A model generated the notes under the pieces. That model worked only from the letters and a program-made list of their open reading frames with translations. It had not been told where the DNA came from and did not search any database. The position numbers and the translations under genes are program-made. A stretch of 64,000 bases of DNA from an uncultured cyanobacterium (GTDB taxonomy: Bacteria; Cyanobacteriota; Cyanobacteriia; Cyanobacteriales; Cyanobacteriaceae), in contig CAVVOP010000008.1 of assembly GCA_963749915.1 (NCBI GenBank), positions 640,001 to 704,000 on the forward strand, given 5' to 3'. The first letter of the stretch is position 1; each line of letters begins with the position of its first letter. Positions 62,583 through 64,000 of the stretch are shown here, piece after piece.

Positions 62583-64000
62583 ATGACAGTAAGCAATTTG
62601 GAAAAGCAGACGAATCCTTTACCAAAGCAAAGTAACCCTTTACCTTGGATTTTTGGCACAATGATTGGCGGTGTTCTTTTGGTAGCAGTGTTCGCCTACT
62701 CATCTGTGAATCGCAATAATTCTCCTTCTAGGGTAATAGATAAATATACGGTTCCCATCACCAGAACAACGATTAATGTCGAAATACAGGCCAGTGGAAC
62801 TGTTGAACCGATCCAAAGTGTGAATATCAGTCCTAAAAATCCGGGGAGATTAGAAAGATTATTAGTAGATCAAGGGGTTATAGTAAAGAAAGGGCAACCT
62901 ATAGCCGTTATGGAAAATCAACAATTATATGCCCAAGGTGTCCAAGCCGAAGCAAGATTACAAGAGGCTCAAGCTAGTTTACAAGAGGCTGACATAAAGT
63001 TACAGGGAGACGTGCAAATATTTTCGGCACAATTAGCTCAAGCATTAGCCCGTTTAGAAGAGTCGAAACGCAGAATCCCGACACAAATTGAACAAACAAG
63101 AGCACAACTAGCAGAATCAGAATCAAGATTAAGGTTAGCACAAGCTCAATTACAAAGAAATCAAAAACTATTACAAGAAGGTGCAATTACGGCGGATCGA
63201 TTTGATCAGTTAGCCAATGAGATGATTGTTTCTCAGGCTAATGTACAACAAGTTCTTAGGCGCTTAGAGGAGTTACAAACCACAGAAGATCCCGAAATTA
63301 AGCGCTTAGAAGCCGCAGTAAGGGAGATTCAAATATCTTTAGAGGAGAGAAAAGTTAGCGGCAAAGCCGAGATAGAAAGACTCAAAGCCAATATGAAAGC
63401 GGTACAAGCCAATTTAGAAATCGCTAAAATTCAATTTCAAGATACCTTCATTACCGCTCCTTTTGATGGCATTATCACTCAAAAATTTGCTACGGAGGGT
63501 GCTTTTGTGACCCCCACCACCTCCGCTTCTACCACTGCTTCGGCCACTTCTTCTTCCATTGTGGCCTTGGCTAAGGGTTTGGAAATTGTGGCGAAAGTGC
63601 CGGAAATTGACTTAAATCAAATAAAATTAGGTCAACCAGCAGAAATTATTGCCGACGCTTATCCGAATGAGGTTTTTAAAGGTGTCGTAAAAAGTATTGC
63701 CCCGGGGGCGATCGTCGAACAAAATGTAACCTCCTTTGAAGTTAGAATTGGCATTTTGACGGGACAAGATCGGTTATTGTCTAAGATGAATGTAGAAGTA
63801 AATTTTTTAGGGCGAAAATTAGATAATATCTTAGTTGTTCCTACCGTTGCTATTGTCACAGAAAAAGGTCAAACAGGGGTGATGATTCCTGATGAAAATA
63901 GCGATCCGAAATTTAAACCTATTACCATCGGTATTTCTGTTGATGATAAAACGCAAGTATTGGGGGGTTTACTACCCGGAGATCGAGTTTTTATTGATTT
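62583..64000 (+). CDS. Efflux RND/ABC transporter periplasmic adaptor subunit (HlyD/MacA-like), runs off the window (not in the ORF track)
   Basis: MTVSN...PWIFG TM helix, ASGTVEPIQSVNISPKNPGRL, long coiled coil, ITAPFDGIITQKFATEGAFVTP, VPEIDL, VPTVAI. Frame open to the end. Confidence 0.9.
   Translation, partial: MTVSNLEKQTNPLPKQSNPLPWIFGTMIGGVLLVAVFAYSSVNRNNSPSRVIDKYTVPITRTTINVEIQASGTVEPIQSVNISPKNPGRLERLLVDQGVIVKKGQPIAVMENQQLYAQGVQAEARLQEAQASLQEADIKLQGDVQIFSAQLAQALARLEESKRRIPTQIEQTRAQLAESESRLRLAQAQLQRNQKLLQEGAITADRFDQLANEMIVSQANVQQVLRRLEELQTTEDPEIKRLEAAVREIQISLEERKVSGKAEIERLKANMKAVQANLEIAKIQFQDTFITAPFDGIITQKFATEGAFVTPTTSASTTASATSSSIVALAKGLEIVAKVPEIDLNQIKLGQPAEIIADAYPNEVFKGVVKSIAPGAIVEQNVTSFEVRIGILTGQDRLLSKMNVEVNFLGRKLDNILVVPTVAIVTEKGQTGVMIPDENSDPKFKPITIGISVDDKTQVLGGLLPGDRVFID

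Noticed and set aside
61748..63859. Minus-strand ORFs 61748-61957, 62974-63186 and 63659-63859
   Set aside because: Antisense to the DUF6515-like frame and the RND adaptor gene on the + strand.
1..64000. rRNA, tRNA, prophage or integrase
   Set aside because: None recognised by eye.

Overview
AT-rich chromosomal window from a cyanobacterium, most likely a unicellular Chroococcales of the Geminocystis/Cyanobacterium type. This is inferred from recurring HIP1 GCGATCGC octamers, petN, ccs1, hemJ, ferredoxin-GOGAT, sigF, patD and pentapeptide-repeat proteins. The backbone is housekeeping: Cu-ATPase, rseP, ctp protease, ubiD, lptC, def, gatC, glsF, carB, clpB, rel and an RND adaptor. Several accessory modules interrupt it. 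The most striking is a compact five-gene, eukaryote-like sterol/triterpenoid operon (50573-56621): ERG4/ERG24-type reductase, squalene epoxidase, oxidosqualene cyclase with the DCTAE motif, ERG2/sigma-1-like isomerase and a Neverland/KshA-type Rieske oxygenase. It has no CYP51 and an atypical cyclase product-determining signature. Other modules are a divergent Anbu / circularly permuted ATP-grasp / alpha-E / transglutaminase system with a perfect NtcA box, a cphA2-like gene next to a sensor-less histidine kinase, a DUF4145-like/Ser-Thr kinase/PhnD-like fusion, and an mtnA-class II aldolase pair. There are also several chimeric or truncated pseudogenes and MITE/IS debris. Four features missing from the ORF track were read directly from the DNA: petN, a 45-aa membrane ORF after it, a 5'-truncated DUF6515-like gene and the terminal RND adaptor. 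All family assignments come from motif recognition, not database searches.
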